The notes: a model not told the origin generated them from the sequence alone. A stretch of DNA of 64,000 nt from Malacoraja senta (GCA_038087875.1 CM075991.1:6076001-6140000); one strand, 5' to 3'. Shown: positions 34,576-49,163, numbered from the stretch's first letter. Numbers and translations are program-made.

Positions 34576-35455
34576 CGATATAGATGGTATGAACAAACTT
34601 CTTTATTGGAATTCCACAGTTAATGGAGGATCGCCAGCTCATGTAGTATTTTGTTTAGGATGGCGAGACTGGTTATCTGTTGAATTTTAACTCAAGGACA
34701 TTCTGTGTTCCAAACGAAGTAAACAGCCGAACCGAAGAGAATGGACTATACCAGAAGCATTAATTGTTTAATGGATTATAATATTAAATCCAATTGTAAG
34801 AATTGATCCTATTAACAACTTAACAATTTAACAAGTTATCAATATTAAACTAGAATAGTAACGGATGCTAATAACAAAAATAACGAACTAACATAACTAA
34901 CATAAATGTTTACTAAATCTAAACCTTATCTATAACTGGAAGGAGGGGATGAGAAACGAGCACCTGGCTCAGGTCCAGGAGCACGTTTCATTAACCCCTT
35001 CAACCAACAGTTGATTATTATTGAAGGTAAAATCATTCGTTTAATAATTAGTAGATAAAATTGCGATATATATATGATATGTTATAATGAAATATATAGG
35101 GTAAATTTGTATTATATATCTGATTGTGAGGCCCCGTCCTATTATGTTATGATTAACCAAGGGTGCGGAGTTATTTGTTTAACATCAACAATGGAAGTCG
35201 AAACAAGGTTTTCTCCCACCTACAGTTGGGCCACTTGTTACAGTGTCGACCATTTTAGACACTGTGTTTTCACTTTTTCAATTTTTTTTAAATTATTATT
35301 ATTACCACATAAAGTCACATGTTTGTGTTTTGTGTTTAGTGATAAGCGTAAAAGTGATATGCCAACAAAACTTAGTAATGCAAAGGTTCACCCAATACCC
35401 AAAGACCTGAGACATGGATGCACTGCAAGATTTAAAGGTATTATAATTATTCAAA

Positions 35456-38400
35456 ATGCAAGATGTTAAACAAAAGAACCTAGGAGGAGTCTCATTCTGC
35501 AGTTGGAATATGAGGTATTAATGAACCTATTAAAACTGTACAACTCTGACATCATTTTCTTACAAGAAACTCATCTAAAATCCCAGGATCAAGCTAGGTT
35601 GAGGGCGAAATGGATAGGTCAAATATATCATTCTTCATATACTTTGAAATCTAGAGGTACGTCAATCATTATTAGAAAAGGTATACCATTCAAAGCAAAG
35701 AATACCATAGACACTGAAGGGAGATATTCGATAGTTATCGGAGAAATTCATGATACTCCAATTACCTTGGTAAATATATACGCGCCTAACTTTGACAATC
35801 CTCATTTTTTCAATAAAATTCTGAACATAATCGCAGAGTTTAATTATCAAAATGTTATAATAGGAGGAGACTTTAACTGTGTTTTAGATCTGTATTTAGA
35901 CAAATCAAGCCAAAAACAGAGAGGGAATACGAAATCTAGAACTAGTGAACTTTTAAATACTTATATAAATAATACTAATATAACAGATGTTTGGAGAATT
36001 GCTAATCCGACTGGCAGGGAATACTTGTTTTATTCAATGGTACACAAAACATACTCGCGTATAGATTATTTCCTGGTTGATACGAAATTAATCCCTCACG
36101 CTGTGAACCCAGCATACTATACAAATTCGATTTCAGACCATTCACCACTAACTTTCTTTTTAAAACAGGAAGGAATGTCTAAGAATAAATCGTTTTGGAG
36201 ATTCAATTCTCAAATCCTAAAAGATCCGCAAGCGAGTATATATTTAAAAGAACAAATGGACGTCTTTTTTGAAATAAATGACACTCCAGATATATCGCCT
36301 ACTTTACTATGGGGATCTTTTAAAGCATTTATTAGAGGTGTTATAATCTCATACCAAGCTTTTCAAAATAAAAAGAATAAGAATGAACAAAGACAGTTAG
36401 AAGAACTTATTAGACAAATGGATATAGATAATGCTAAAGATCCATCAATAGATAAACATAATAAAATAATAATTTTGAAATTTAGATTAAATAAACTATT
36501 ATCAACCAAACTTATAAGACTTTTCCAAATTACAAAACAGGAACACTTTGAATTTGGGGATAAACCGCATAAACTTTTGGCTCGTCAGCTAAAAAAACGA
36601 GAAAAAGAACATACGATCCAAAAGATTAAATCAGATAGAGGGGAATTACTAACCATATCGAAGGATATTAATAAAAGTTTTGTGTAATTTTATGAAAATT
36701 TGTACACATCTAAAACGACAATGGACTCCAATAAAATTACAGAGTTCTTGGATAATTGTAATCTTCCAAAGTTGAAGGAACAAGAGGAATTGGGTGCACA
36801 AATTTCAATCAAGGAATTAGAAGACACGATAAATTCATTAAAGAATGGAAAAACACCAGGTCCTGATGGATTTACTAATGAATTTTATAAAAGCTTTTAT
36901 GACAAAATTATACCACGGTTACAAAAAATGTATCAATATGCTTTTAAAAAACAAATATTACCTGATACATTAGCTGAATCAACGATCATACTAATACTTA
37001 AAAAAGACAACGATATAGAAGAACCGGGTTCATATAGAGCTATAGCATTGTTAAATACAGATCTAAAAATATTAGTGAAAACATTAGCTAGAAGATTAAG
37101 TAAATATATTAGTAAATTAATAAACCCAGATCAGACGGGGTTTATCCGTAAGAGATATTCATCTAATAATATGAGACGTCTACTCAATATAATGCATTCA
37201 CACAAAATTGAAGAACAAGAATTATCAATTATTTTGCTGGACGCTGAAAAAGCATTTGACCAAGTAGAATGGAATTATATGGATAAAGTATTACAAAAAT
37301 TCAAACTGGGAGAGAATTTTATTTTATGGATTAAATTATTATATAATAAACCTACAGCTAGAATATTAACTAATAACATATTATCCTCGAAATTTCAACT
37401 ATCAAGGGGAAACAGACAAGGATGCTCATTATCACCACAGTTGTTTGCTCTCATAATTGAACCTTTAGCAGAAAAAATTAGAACACATCCAGATATCCAT
37501 GGGTGTAATACTAAATACTCAAATAATAAAATATCTTTATACGCGGATGATATATTATTGTACATTACAAAACCTCAAATTACTATACCAAACATATTAA
37601 ATCTAATTGAGGACTTTGGATCCTTTTCTGGATACAGAATAAATTGGAATAAAAGTGAAATTATGTCAATAAAACCAAAAGACTCAACACATCTTTTAAA
37701 ATTCCCTTTTAAAATAGCTACAGAAAAATTTAAATACTTGGGTATTGAAATCACCAGAATATATCAAGGCATGTTCAAAGCAAATTATGATCCTCTACTA
37801 AATAAATTAAATACATTAATTAAATTTTGAAAATGCTTCCGATGTCTTTAATAGGCCGAATAAATGCAATAAAATTGATCTTCTTACCACAAATTTTATA
37901 CCTATTTCAATCGATTCCTATATACCTACCAAAGAAGTTTTTTTTTAAATTGGACTCAGACATTACTAATTTTATATGGGATTATAAATCCCATAGAATA
38001 CAAAGAACCCACTTGAACAAAGCTAAAGTATTAGGGGGCTTAGCACTCCCTAACTTCATGTATTATTATTGGTCAGTAAATATTAAAAATATGATCCAAC
38101 TGATGGACAACTCTACCCAGCAAGTGGACTGGATTGTAATGGAGAGAGAGGACTGCTCCTCTGGTAATATTGGAGCGATCCTCCTCTCACGAATGAAACT
38201 GAATAACATAAATTATAACAAAAACCCAATTATACATAGTACAATCAGAACTTGGAAACAAATAAAACAAAATTTAAAATTAAGAAATCTATCGCTTTTA
38301 TCTCCAATAATTAATAACCCTTCGTTTAATCCCTCTATTACAGACAAATCTTTTATGCAATGGGATAGACTAGGAATTAAAACGTTCGGTGACTTGTATG

Positions 38401-39202
38401 AAACTGGAAAATTACTATCATTCCAATAATTACAAATAAAATATAAACTGGGAAATAATCAATATTTTAAATATTTTCAAATATGTGACTGAAAAATTAT
38501 ATAAAAGATCATTATAATATCCCAGCAGATGTATTGGATGAAGCAATGCAGATAAAAGCTGAATCAGCAAACATATCATATTTGTATAATATTATCTCAA
38601 ATGTAGAAATACCATCTACGGAAGGTATTAGAAGAGACTGGGAACAAGAATTAGCTATTAAAATCTCAAAGGAAAGGTGGAATGAACATTTATTAAACGT
38701 GCATAAATGTTCGATTAATGTAAGACACACTTTAATACAATTTAAAATTTTACATAGATTATATTATTCAAAAACTAAAATTAACAAAATTTTCCCTAAT
38801 GTATCATCCATTTGTGATAAATGTCAATCTCAAGAAGGTACTATAGCGCACTCATTTGTTTTTTGTACAAAAATTCAAAAATTTTGGATTGACATTTTTG
38901 AAATCTTTACAAAATTATTTAAAATAAAACTGATACCAAAAGCAGAATGGATTATCTTCGGAACAACGGAAGATAGTCCTGAACTAAATGTGTTTCAAAA
39001 GAAATTAATAGATTACGGGTTAATAACTGGAAAAAAGTTAATCCTAAAATTCTGGAAAAACGCTCCAATACCAACTATAAACATGTGGATTTCAAATATG
39101 TTTGAAACATTACACCTAGAAGAGATAAGACTCCTCCTGGCAGGTAAACCAGATCACTTCCACCTGACGTGGTCTGCATTTATAGAATTATTACAAGTAT
39201 AG
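35456..39202 (+). pseudogene. L1 ORF2 (APE endonuclease, reverse transcriptase, CCHC domain), disrupted
   Basis: SWN, LQETH, NIYAPN, GGDFN, SRIDY, SDHSP (EN); PGPDGF, DAEKAFD, RQGC.LSP, YADD (RT); CDKC..HSFVFC. Split into ORFs 35503..36687, 36700..37830, 37827..38429 and 38534..39202 by stops and frameshifts. Confidence 0.95.
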
Positions 39203-39730
39203 GTTGCAAAAGTACTTAAAAAAAAAAAACGGAGGTCAGGTAAAGGGGGATGAAAGCTGGAGAGTTGGTATATCCCATTTGCGTGATGCTTTTTGTTTTT
39301 GTTAAAAAGTATTTGTTTTTCTCTTTTTTCCTCTCTTTTTTTCCTTCTTTAGGATCTATCTCTTAATCCTTTCTTTTTAATTTCTTTTCTAGAGGGTCTC
39401 TGTTCTTTCTTGTTGTCACGTTTTACACCTTCACTATGTTCCTTCACTTTCTCTTTTTTCTTAATCTCAACCTTTCCTTTTTATCAGTGTAAAAAATGAC
39501 GGAGTACATTAATTGTAATAAGATATACGTGATGAGTACTAATGTAATTGGTTGTAATGTAATGTACTTCTAATAAATAAAAATAAAAAATAAAAATAAT
39601 AAAAACTCAATGTAACGTCCAGCGACAGTGCTCCTCAACAGGGAGTTCACCCCATGACGCAAGGATGCTTAATCCAGTCCCTCCCACCGGCATCGCCACC
39701 AAGCTGCATCAAGCAACTAATCCTATTTAA

Positions 39731-39744
39731 GTTGCCATGGCGAC
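39731..39744. promoter_or_regulatory. RFX X-box-like palindrome GTTGCCATGGCGAC in a CpG-richer, repeat-free patch
   Basis: One mismatch from GTTGCCATGGCAAC; nearby - strand donor (CG|GTAAGC at 39824/39823). Confidence 0.4.
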
Positions 39745-41669
39745 AATCGATAGGCAGCAATTTCTGGCATTCGATCTGCCCAAGTCACGTCGAGGCCACT
39801 GATAGTTGGGTCAGACTGCTTACCGAGTCTTCCTGCCTTCCAGTCAAGTGCCAACCCTGGGCACGAAACGCAACCCGAGCCTCTTGCGTCACAGTGCGTC
39901 TTCTCAATTTCCCCGCGACTCAGTATAATTATGGCCTACATTTGGTGGGGGTGTGAATCAAAATCCCACTGTAGTGTTGGAGATAATGCAGTGTAGTCAA
40001 TTACTCAACACAGCAACAAAGCAGTTGCTGGCGGTAACCAGAATCAACCAAGGGGAAAATAAAATCTACCAGTTCTTACCTGGTCTGGTCTGTATGTGAC
40101 CAGACTCAGCGTACGGTTCACCCAAACCCAATGTGTAGGAAGGCACTGCAGATGCTGGTTTACATCAAAGATAAACACAAAATGCTGGAGTAACTCAGCA
40201 GGGCAGGCAGCATCTCCGGATAGAAGGAATGGGTGACGTTTCGGGGCAAGACCCTTCTTCAGAGTCTGAAGAAGGATCTGGACTCACCCATATCCGCAGT
40301 TCATTCATCTAAATAGGCTTCCAGTTCTGTCACTGTTGAAAATTAACGGTACGATTTCTAATCCCTGCTTAACTCTGGAGCAAAAAAAACAAACTGCTAA
40401 AGGAACTTAGTGGGTCAAACAGTATCTGTGGAGAAAAGGAATTGGCAACATTTCGGTTCAGGAGCCCTGCATCAGTCACGGAGATATTGTGCAAGTTCTA
40501 CACTCGGGTTTACTGGAGCTGTGAGGCAGCAGCTCCACTAATTGTACAACGGTCTCTGGAGAGAAGGAATGGGTGATGTTTCGGGTCGAAACCTCTCTTC
40601 AGACACTCGACTCAAAACGTCATCCATTCCTTCTCTTCAGAGATGCTGCCTATCTCGCTGAGTTACTCCAACTTTAGACTTTACAGATACAGTGTGGAAA
40701 CAGGCCCTTTGGCCCACCGAGTCCATGCCGACCAATGATTACTCCTTACACTGTCATTTAGTGCCATCCTACACACCTGGGACAACTTACAATTTACAGA
40801 AGCCAATTCACCTACAGACCTGTGCGTCTTTGGAGTGTGAGAGCAAATACGTGCAGAACATTCCAAAGACATTTGGACAGGTATGTTGATAGGAAAGGTT
40901 TAGAGGGATATTGGTCAAACGCAGGCACGTGAGACTAGTGTAGATGGGGCATCTTGGTTGGCATGGGCAAGTTGTGCTGAAGAGCCTGTTTGCACGCTGT
41001 ATGACTCTCTGATAAGAATCCAGCATCTGCAGTCTTTTGTGTCTGACTCTTTTGTGTTCTCTGCCTCAGAGGGTGGTGGAGGCAGGTTCTCTGGATGCTT
41101 TCAAGAGAGAGCTAGATAGGGCTCTTAAAAATAGCGGAGCCAGGGGATATGGGGAGAAGGCAGGAACGGGGTACTGATTGGGGATGATCAGCCATGATCA
41201 CATTGAATGGCGGTGCTGGCTCGAAGGGCCGAATGGCCTACTCCTGCACCTATTGTCTATTATTGTCTATTGTGTATCCATTTTGGTTTATTTTGGTGAT
41301 CGGTCAAGTTGGAGTCAGTTGGTCCAAGAACTCAATTGATTTCTTCAGAAGGATCATAAGCAGTAACACAAAGGCTCAACTATCTCACCTCCTCCCTATG
41401 CACAATAATTGCAATCTGGTCGCTTTTTGGCCAGCTTTCTCTGGGGCCTCCACACCTTAATAATCATTCTGTCATAAAATCCAGGTGATCATAAAAATCC
41501 GACAGTCATTAACATCCCAATCACAGAACAGTTTTCACACGGCACTGATTGGGAGTAATTCACTGATTAGCTGGGCAAAGCAACACACGATAAATGTCTG
41601 AGCTTCCTCGGTGGGGAAACAACATATTTTCATCTGCCACATGAACCAATTTCCGACGCAACTTTCCAC

Positions 41670-42150
41670 TTTACTGAGAGTTGTAGATGTAACCCAGTCC
41701 ATCACACAGACAAGACTTCCCACCATTGCCACCATCTACACTTCACGCTGCCTTGAAAAACAGCCAACATCATCCAACACTTGTCCCATCCCGGTCATTC
41801 CTTCTCCCTGCTTCCGTCTGGCAGAAGGTACAGAACCCTTAAAACACACGCCACCAAACTCAGGAACAGCTTCTTCCCCTCTGTTATCAGGCCTCTGAAC
41901 AGTAGGATCCATAAGCCAGGGTACTGTCCAATTCACCTCTACCCCATTGCGGACATTGGACTTTGTCTATGGAACTGATGCGCTACAATGTTGAGAACTT
42001 TGCCCTGCACTCTGTATCTTGCACGTTGCGCTATCTATTGTGCTTGAGTTTGACTTGAATGTCTTTACATATGGTATTATCTGATCTGTCCGCAGAGCAT
42101 GCAAATCAAAACTTTTCACAGTACCTCAGTACACATGATAATAATAAAAA
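41670..42150 (+). mobile_element. Rex1/Babar-type LINE 3' end
   Basis: HPGHSFSLLPSGRRYR.LK.H.TKLRNSFFP.VIR.LN motif and ...CACATGATAATAATAAA tail. Confidence 0.75.
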
Positions 42151-42769
42151 AACTAAAAATATACACAGATATCCGCCTTTAATTTGGCAGGAAAGACACA
42201 AAGTGCTGGAGTAACTTCACAAGTCAGGCAACATCCCTGGGGAACGAAATATGACATTTCAGATCAGCGCCCATCTTCAGACCGACCCGAAACATCATCA
42301 ACCATGTCCTCCAGAGAAGCTGCATGACCCACTGAGTACTCCAGCACCTTGTTTCTCTTTTGGTAAACCGGCATCTGCAGTTCCTTGTTTCCACTCTTTC
42401 ATTTGCCAGGCTTTGCCCCACTCCCCACCCCTCTTCCAGCTGGCTCCCCCTACCCCATCCAATCAGTCTGAAGTAGGGTCCCAACCTGAAAAGTCACCTG
42501 TACGTAAAGTGTGGGGCGGAACTGCAGATGCTGGTTTAAACCAAAGGCAGACACAAAATGCTGGAGTAATTCTGCAGGTCAGGCAGCATCTCTGGAGAAA
42601 AGGAAGAGGTGATGTTCAAGGTCACCTGTACATGTTCACCACAGATGCCGCCTGACCCGTTGAGTTACTCCAGCACTTTGTGTCTCTTTTTGTAAACCAT
42701 CATCTGCAGTTTTCTGTATCAGCCTAAACATAAACCTGCATTTATCTTCCATCGTGTGTTCTCGCCCTA

Positions 42770-43353
42770 AGGGCCTGTCCCACTTTCACCACCTAATTCA
42801 CGACCTCTGCCGAGTTTTCCCTTGACTCATACTCGCAGCAAGGTCGTCACAAGGTCGTAGTTAAGTCAAGTCAAGTCAAGTCACATTTATTTATATAGCT
42901 CATTTAAAAAACAACTCTTGTTGGCCAAAGTGCTTTACATTTGTTATAAGAATAGCACAAACAAAACAAACTACATACATATATACATGTAGCCCTCACT
43001 CAGAGGACGTCAGGAAAGGCTTGGGAGTATAGATAAGTCTTTAGTCTTGACTTAAAAGAGTCGATGGAGGGGGCAGTTCTGATGGGAAAGGGGATGCTGT
43101 TCCACAGTCTAGGGGCTGCAACCGCAAAGGCGCGGTCGCCCCTGAGCTTATGCCTAGACCGTGGGATATTCAGCAACCCCAAGTCGGCCGATCTGAGGGG
43201 CTTGTAGGTGGTCGTAGGTACTCGTAGGTACTAGTGATGCTAGTCGTAGGTAGTCGTGGCATCAAGTAGGTCGGGGCGTTTTTTCTAGCCTGATGAAAAA
43301 TGTCCACAAGTAAAAAAGGTCGTGAATTAGGTCGTGAAAGTGGGACAGGTCCC
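42770..43353. mobile_element. PIF/Harbinger-like MITE interrupted by an L2 fragment
   Basis: Long TIRs AGGGCCTGTCCCACTTTCAC.ACCTAATTCACGACCT / AGGTCGTGAATTAGGTCGTGAAAGTGGGACAGGTCCC; TSD not clean. Confidence 0.7.
42862..43203 (-). mobile_element. L2-clade LINE 3' end nested in the MITE
   Basis: ORF 43000..43182 GDRAFAVAAPRLWNSIP...FKSRLKTYL; (ACTTG)n tail. Confidence 0.85.
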
Positions 43354-45978
43354 CTTCCTCAGTTCCATTCACGCTCTTCCAAAAATTAATTGCCATTCTA
43401 TCTGGGAACGTTGTTTCCACAGGCATTGCCAAATCTGCTGAGCTTCTCCGGAATATTCCGTTTTTTGTTTTGAGCAGACAGTGCTCTTGGATTGATGTCA
43501 CCTGTCTCAACATTATCTCAACTCAACCCCAGCTGGTCTATTGAAAGGAACACTGAGATCCTAATTAACAGTTAATCTCAGGAACGACCTGTCAATGTAA
43601 CACCAATGGCTCAATTCAAAATAAAATCCTTCCTCACCCAAAGTGGGTTTAAAAATATTTCTCCAGGGTGGATGCTTAACAAAAAAAATGTACTCATGTT
43701 TATTGACACCTGCACTAATCCCACACCGCCCAAAATAACTTCCAGTTTTGTTTGTTACTGATTTAAGAAGGAAATGAGCCTTGCTGTTCTATAAAGGATT
43801 ATGAATTCTAGTATGAGCTCTATAGAGTTAGATAGAGCTCTAGGGCCTAGCGGAATCAAGGGATATGGGGAGAAGGCAGGCACGGGTTACTGATCGTGGA
43901 TGATCAGCCATGATCACGATGAATGGCGGTGCTGGCTCAGAGGGCCAAATGGCCTCCTCCTGCACCTATTGTCTATTGAACAATAGTCTATTGAATTAAG
44001 TGATAGAGCTTTGTACGGAATAGGGCAAAGAGCAGGCCATTCAACCCTTTTACACTGTCCTGGGATTTTTATTCCACAAGTATGGGTGGCACTGTGGCTG
44101 CCTTACAGTGCTTACAGCGCCAGAGACCCGGATTCGATGCTTGTCTGTGTGAAGTTTTCAAGAGAGAGTTAGATTTAGCTGTTTTCAAGAGAGAGTTAGA
44201 TTTAGTTCTTAGGGCTAAAGGAATCGAGGGTTATGGGGAAAAAGCAGGAACGAGGTACTGATTTTGAATGATCAGCCATGATCATATTGAATGGCAGTGC
44301 TGGCTCGGAGGGCCAAATGGCTGACTCCTGCACCTATTTTTTATGTTTCTATGTTTCTATGAGTTTGTACGTTCTTCTCGTGACCACGTGGGTTTACTCC
44401 GAGAACTTTGTTTTCCTCCCACACTCCAAAGGCGTATAGGTTTACAGGCTTGCTACGTATGTAAAAATTGTCCCTAGTATAGGATGGTGTGAACTTGTGG
44501 GGGTCGCTGGTCGGTGCGGACTCGGTGGGCCAAAGGGCCCGTTTCCACACTGTATCTCTAAACTAAACCAAGTGCCTCTTTGCTCGCTGTATTACTTCAT
44601 TCTTTTAATGTTATTTTTCCATTGGAGGTTTGAGCCTAGCCTCTGCAGATTGAAATGATCCGGATTAAGGGAGTGGAATAAGGTTCAGCTTCCCCAATGA
44701 GACTGATGTTTACATATGGATGGGATTATCCATTGATCCCTTTCGGGTTGATGTCATACACAGAGGCTGTGGATTAAACTATTAACCTCCCTGGGCCTCA
44801 CGGATTAGGTATAAATTAAAAAACCAAGGTCCCTAACACTTGGGAAAGATTTAATAGGAACTTTTACATAATGGGCAACATTTTTTACACCAAAGATGGT
44901 AGGTATATGGAACGAACTGCTCGAGGAGGTAGTTGAAGCAAGTGCTATAACAACATTTAAGGAACAGTTAGCCAGGTTAGGGTAAGGGTTAGGATAGGAT
45001 AAGGGATATGGGCTAAATGCAAGCAGATTGGACTAGTGTAAATGGGGCTTGTTGGTCGGCATGGACAAGTTGGGCTGAATGGTCTTTTTCCACGCTGTAT
45101 GACACTATGACTGGATATTTGAATGCCCTGCGTCAAGGAAAGTTGTGGTGCTGCAGTAGGTAGTGCTGCAGCCTCCAAACTTCACTCACCTACGTTCATC
45201 CTGACCCTCAGTAGCTATGTAGAGCTTGCAAGTTCGGCCTGTGACCAAATAGACTTCTTCCTGGGTGCTCCAATTTCTTCCCACATCTCAAAGAGATGCG
45301 GTTTGAATGGCAAATTGGCCACCGTAAATTGGCAATAGTGTTGGTGTGTGATTGTACAGCCAGAACAGACAGAATAGGTTACAGAATAGCAAGTAAGCAA
45401 GGGAATGAAGACAGACACTAAAAGCTGGAGTAACAGTGGAACAGGCAGCATCTCTGGAGAGAAGGAATGGGTGATTCCTTCTCTCCAGAGATGCTGCCTG
45501 CCTGCTGAGTTACTCCAGCTTTTTGTGTCTATCTTCGGTTTAAACCAGCATCTGCAATTCCTTCCTACCCAAGTAAAGGAATGTGATTTCTCTCGAAGAT
45601 GACAAACACTCAATGGGCCAAATGGCCTCCTGTACTGTAAGAAAATATGGAAATAATATAAATGCACCTCACTTGGATTGACCAGACCATAAGCCATAGG
45701 AACAGAATTAGGCCCATTGTGTCTGTTCCGCCATTTGATCATGGCTGATCTATTTTTCCCTCTCAACCCCATTCTTCTGCCTTCTCCTCACAACCTGTGA
45801 CGCCCTTAATAATCAAGAAGTTATTAATCCCCGCTGTAGATTGGTTTATGCATGACAACCAATCATAGTAGACTAGCATCACTAACCCCACCTTACTGTA
45901 CCATTTATATTAACACCTACTTCCTGTACTGTTCAGTTCTGGAAGCGGTCACGATGCTCTGATAACTAACAACCTGCT

Positions 45979-46628
45979 ACATAGATACATAGATACATAG
46001 AAAATAGGTGCAGGAGTAGGCCATTCGGCCCTTCGAGCCTGCACCGCCATTCAATATGATCATGGCTGATCATCCAACTCAGTATCCCGTACCTGCCTTC
46101 TCTCCATACCCCCTGATCCCTTTAGCCACAAGGGCCACATCTAACTCCCTCTTAAATATAGCCAATGAACTGGCCTCAACTACCCTCTGTGGCAGAGAGT
46201 TCCAGAGATTCACCACTCTCTGTGTGAAATTTTTTTTCCTCATCTCGGTCTTAAATGATTTCCCCCTTATCCTTAAGCTGTGACCCCTTGTCCTGGTCTT
46301 CCCCAACATCGGGAACAATCTTCCTGCATCTAGCCTGTCCAACCCCATAAGAATTTTGTACGTTTCTATAAGATCCCCTCTCAATCTCCTAAATTCTAGC
46401 GAGTATAAGCCAAGTCTATCCAGTCTTTCTTCATATGAAAGTCCTGACATCCCAGGAATCAGTCTGGTGAACCTTCTCTGCACTCCCTCTATGGCTATAA
46501 TGTCCTTCCTCAGATTTGGAGACCAAAACTGTACGCAATACTCCAGGTGTGGTCTCACCAAGACCCTGTACAACTGCAGTAGAACCTCCCTGCTCCTATA
46601 CTCAAATCCTCTTGCTATGAAGGCCAAC
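45979..46628 (-). mobile_element. CR1/HER1-type LINE, 5'-truncated, with open ORF2 C-terminus
   Basis: ORF 46079..46627 LYRVLVRPHLEYCVQFWSP...VQRRFTRLIPG...RRLRGDLIETYKI; (TATGTATC)n tail. Confidence 0.92.
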
Positions 46629-48313
46629 GAAACTATTGCTGTACCGCTATAGTTTGTATGCTGATTAAAGATGATCCTGGATCTTATATTGTGTAACTCA
46701 GTTGTTTACATGGTGTCAGAAACACGCTTTAAAAATAGCCAATGATTTGGCTAATGACTAATTAACACGGAGGAAAATCTCTCCATAGCCCATCTGTCTA
46801 AGAAATTCACACGTCGATGCAGATATTGGGGAGTCTGTTGAATTGGTACAGTGGTAGTTGCCAACACCAAGGCTCAATGGTGGGTAACCATGGAAATCAT
46901 GGCTCAAGCCAAAGTTGAAAGGGCAAATCTCTGGACTGGTTGGAAGTTCCAATTCCAATCCAGATACTCCAGCATGTAAATCTAGCACAGTCCCGGCAGT
47001 AGTTCGCTTGTTCGTCTCTACAATAAGTTACAACAATTGGCCTAGGCACTATCTTAAAGAACAACCAGATAATTAGGTGGCCAATTATTCAGCCTTTAGG
47101 AATGGCTAGCTGGTGCCTGGAGTTTGCAATAAAAACGGATATACTCAATAGGTCAGGCAGCATCTGTGGAAAGAGTCCCGGAGGTAACGTTTCAGGTCAG
47201 AGTCCTCTCGTCAGATTTCCAGTTGTGGAATGAAACAGATACAGCAGGGAAGGAAACATCAAACCGGGCACTTGCCCTAAAACCTTTAGAATATAGAACA
47301 CAGAACATAGAACAGTACAGCACAAGAACAGACCCTTCGGCCCACAATGTGCTGAGCATGATGCCGACAAAATCTTATCTGCCTGCATACAATCCATAAT
47401 CCCTCCATTCCCTGCATATCCAAGAAAGTACCTGTCCAAATGTCTCTTGAATGCCACTATTGTATCTGCATCAACCACCACCTCAGACAATTTGTTCCAG
47501 GCACTGGCCACCCTCTGTGTAAAAATACATGCCCCACACATGTCTTAAGATCATAAGATCATAAGTGGTAGGAGCAGAATTAGGTCATTCGGCCCATCAA
47601 GTCTACTCCACCATTCAATCATGACTGATCTATCTCTCCATCCTAACCCCATTCTCCTGCCTTCACCCCATATTCTCCTGTCCTTTAAATTTTGCCCCTC
47701 TCACCTCAAAGCTCTGCCATCTAGTACTTGATTCTTCCACTCTGGGAACAAGGTTCTGCCTGCCACCCTATTGATGCCTCAATTCTCTCTTTCTCCCTCC
47801 ACAGCTGCGGCCTGACATTCTGACTGCTGCTCTTTATTTCCGGTTCCTTGTGGGAGTCTGCGATGTGTGAACCGGCAGTTGTGCATCCTGTGTTGCAAAG
47901 TGCAGATACCTGTGAAATGCTTTGGGATATGAAGGGCAAGATTTCCCCTCAGCCTTGCAAGTACAGTCATCCTTTGTTATGAAATAACAAGTGTCTATGT
48001 AAACACTCAGTGCTTTTGCATCAGATTTTTCCTGCATCATGTCCTCAATGAGCCTATTCATGGCCGCAAGTCAGCAGAGTATTTTTAGAGGCAGTTCAGT
48101 GAAGCCCATTGAAACATGAAAGACCAACGCATCATATTCATTATGAAGCCCATATGGCGTCTCTGTTTATTCAACGGGTGGATCTGTTCTGCTTCAATTA
48201 TAATTCAATTGTTTGAGCATTAGTGATACCCGAGATTAAAAAAGCACATCCATTCACTTACTTTCCCAGGCATCTTGAGAAGATTTGGCATATCCTACCA
48301 CTCTCGAACCTCT

Positions 48314-49163
48314 CATTGTGGCTATCCCTCAGTGTGGAGGATGATGGTCTACGTTCTTTGTTTTTATGGACTCTCGGGTGGCTTATGAGTCCAATCCTGG
48401 CTTTGAAAGTTCTTCGGCATTCAGGACAGGTAATTCCAGATGGCAGATCGGGCTTTGGTTTTTGCTGCCTCTTTCCGTTTTCTTCTCTTTTCTTCATAGT
48501 TTCGCTTCTTGATGGTTTTCGACCGCATGATGGTGATTACTCTGGACGCGGCTTTCCAGACAGGACGAGGCGAAGCTGACTATTTTTAGGGCACCTTTTC
48601 TCGCCCCTTCCCAGTTCAGGGTGAGCAGAGTGGATCCTAAATAGGGCTGCTCAGACATGAATACTGCTACCGAACAACTTTCCTGCTTCTGTCCAAAGTT
48701 GAGCGATTGAATCAAGCATTCACCGCTTCCGTGCCGGTTCTTGACTGCGTGCTTCCAGCCATCGCATGGCCTGGTCCCGTCGCCCTTCCCCGATCGCCGA
48801 AAGTCTTGAGAAGTTTTGTGCTGCTCACAGAACGAAGACGCCCGTGCGTGTGTTTGTTTAACGTGTACTTGATGTTGCACTCCAAGAAGCACACGGTCCT
48901 TCACAAATCAATCAACTAATTCCAATGGCAAGGGAACCAAGACAATTGGAGCTGATAGATCTGTTGCTGCCTTCATCTGCCTTCACAGCCGTTGAGTTCA
49001 AGATCATTTCTTCTGCCTGGTCTGCCGTTGAGGTCTTTGTCTGGACCCTCATCCTCGACCATGGGTGGCCCTAGCAGAAGCTGGTGCTTCTGAAGGCATC
49101 GCTCTCAGAATCATGGAGGCACACAAGCCTCTTCATCACAGCAAGGTAAACGATCCAAAGAGG
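48314..49163 (-). mobile_element. Internally deleted RTE/BovB-like element (5' UTR fused to ORF 3' end)
   Basis: 5' end resembles the RTE/BovB leader (ACCTTGCTGTGATGAAGAGGCTTG...AGGGCCACCCATG); 3' part encodes CPECRRTFKARIGLISH.RVH zinc finger; TSD TCTC(G/A)AACCTCT at 48302-48313 / 49164-49175. Confidence 0.7.

Larger units (their letters stand above)
33334..39600 (+). mobile_element. Full-length (~6.3 kb) degenerate L1-clade LINE
   Basis: 5' GACTTCCGGTGGCGCCATG, ORF1, ~880-bp spacer, ORF2, 3' UTR, AATAAA/A-rich tail; 15-bp TSD AAA(G/A)ACTCAATGTAA at 33319-33333 / 39601-39615. Confidence 0.95.

Noticed and set aside
35074..35469. 131-aa ORF between L1 ORF1 and ORF2
   Set aside because: AT-rich inter-ORF spacer with no motifs; a single degenerate copy cannot support a third ORF.
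46758..47017. Possible minus-strand terminal exon (…LDLHAGVSGLELELP…)
   Set aside because: Weak acceptor, no recognisable homology, no convincing partner exon.
47834..48061. Minus-strand ORF with good Kozak context and apparent donor (MNRLIEDMMQEK...)
   Set aside because: No recognisable protein family; its 3' part resembles a decayed DeuSINE/SacSINE-type core (CATATCCCAAAGCATTTCACAG...CTCCCACAA).
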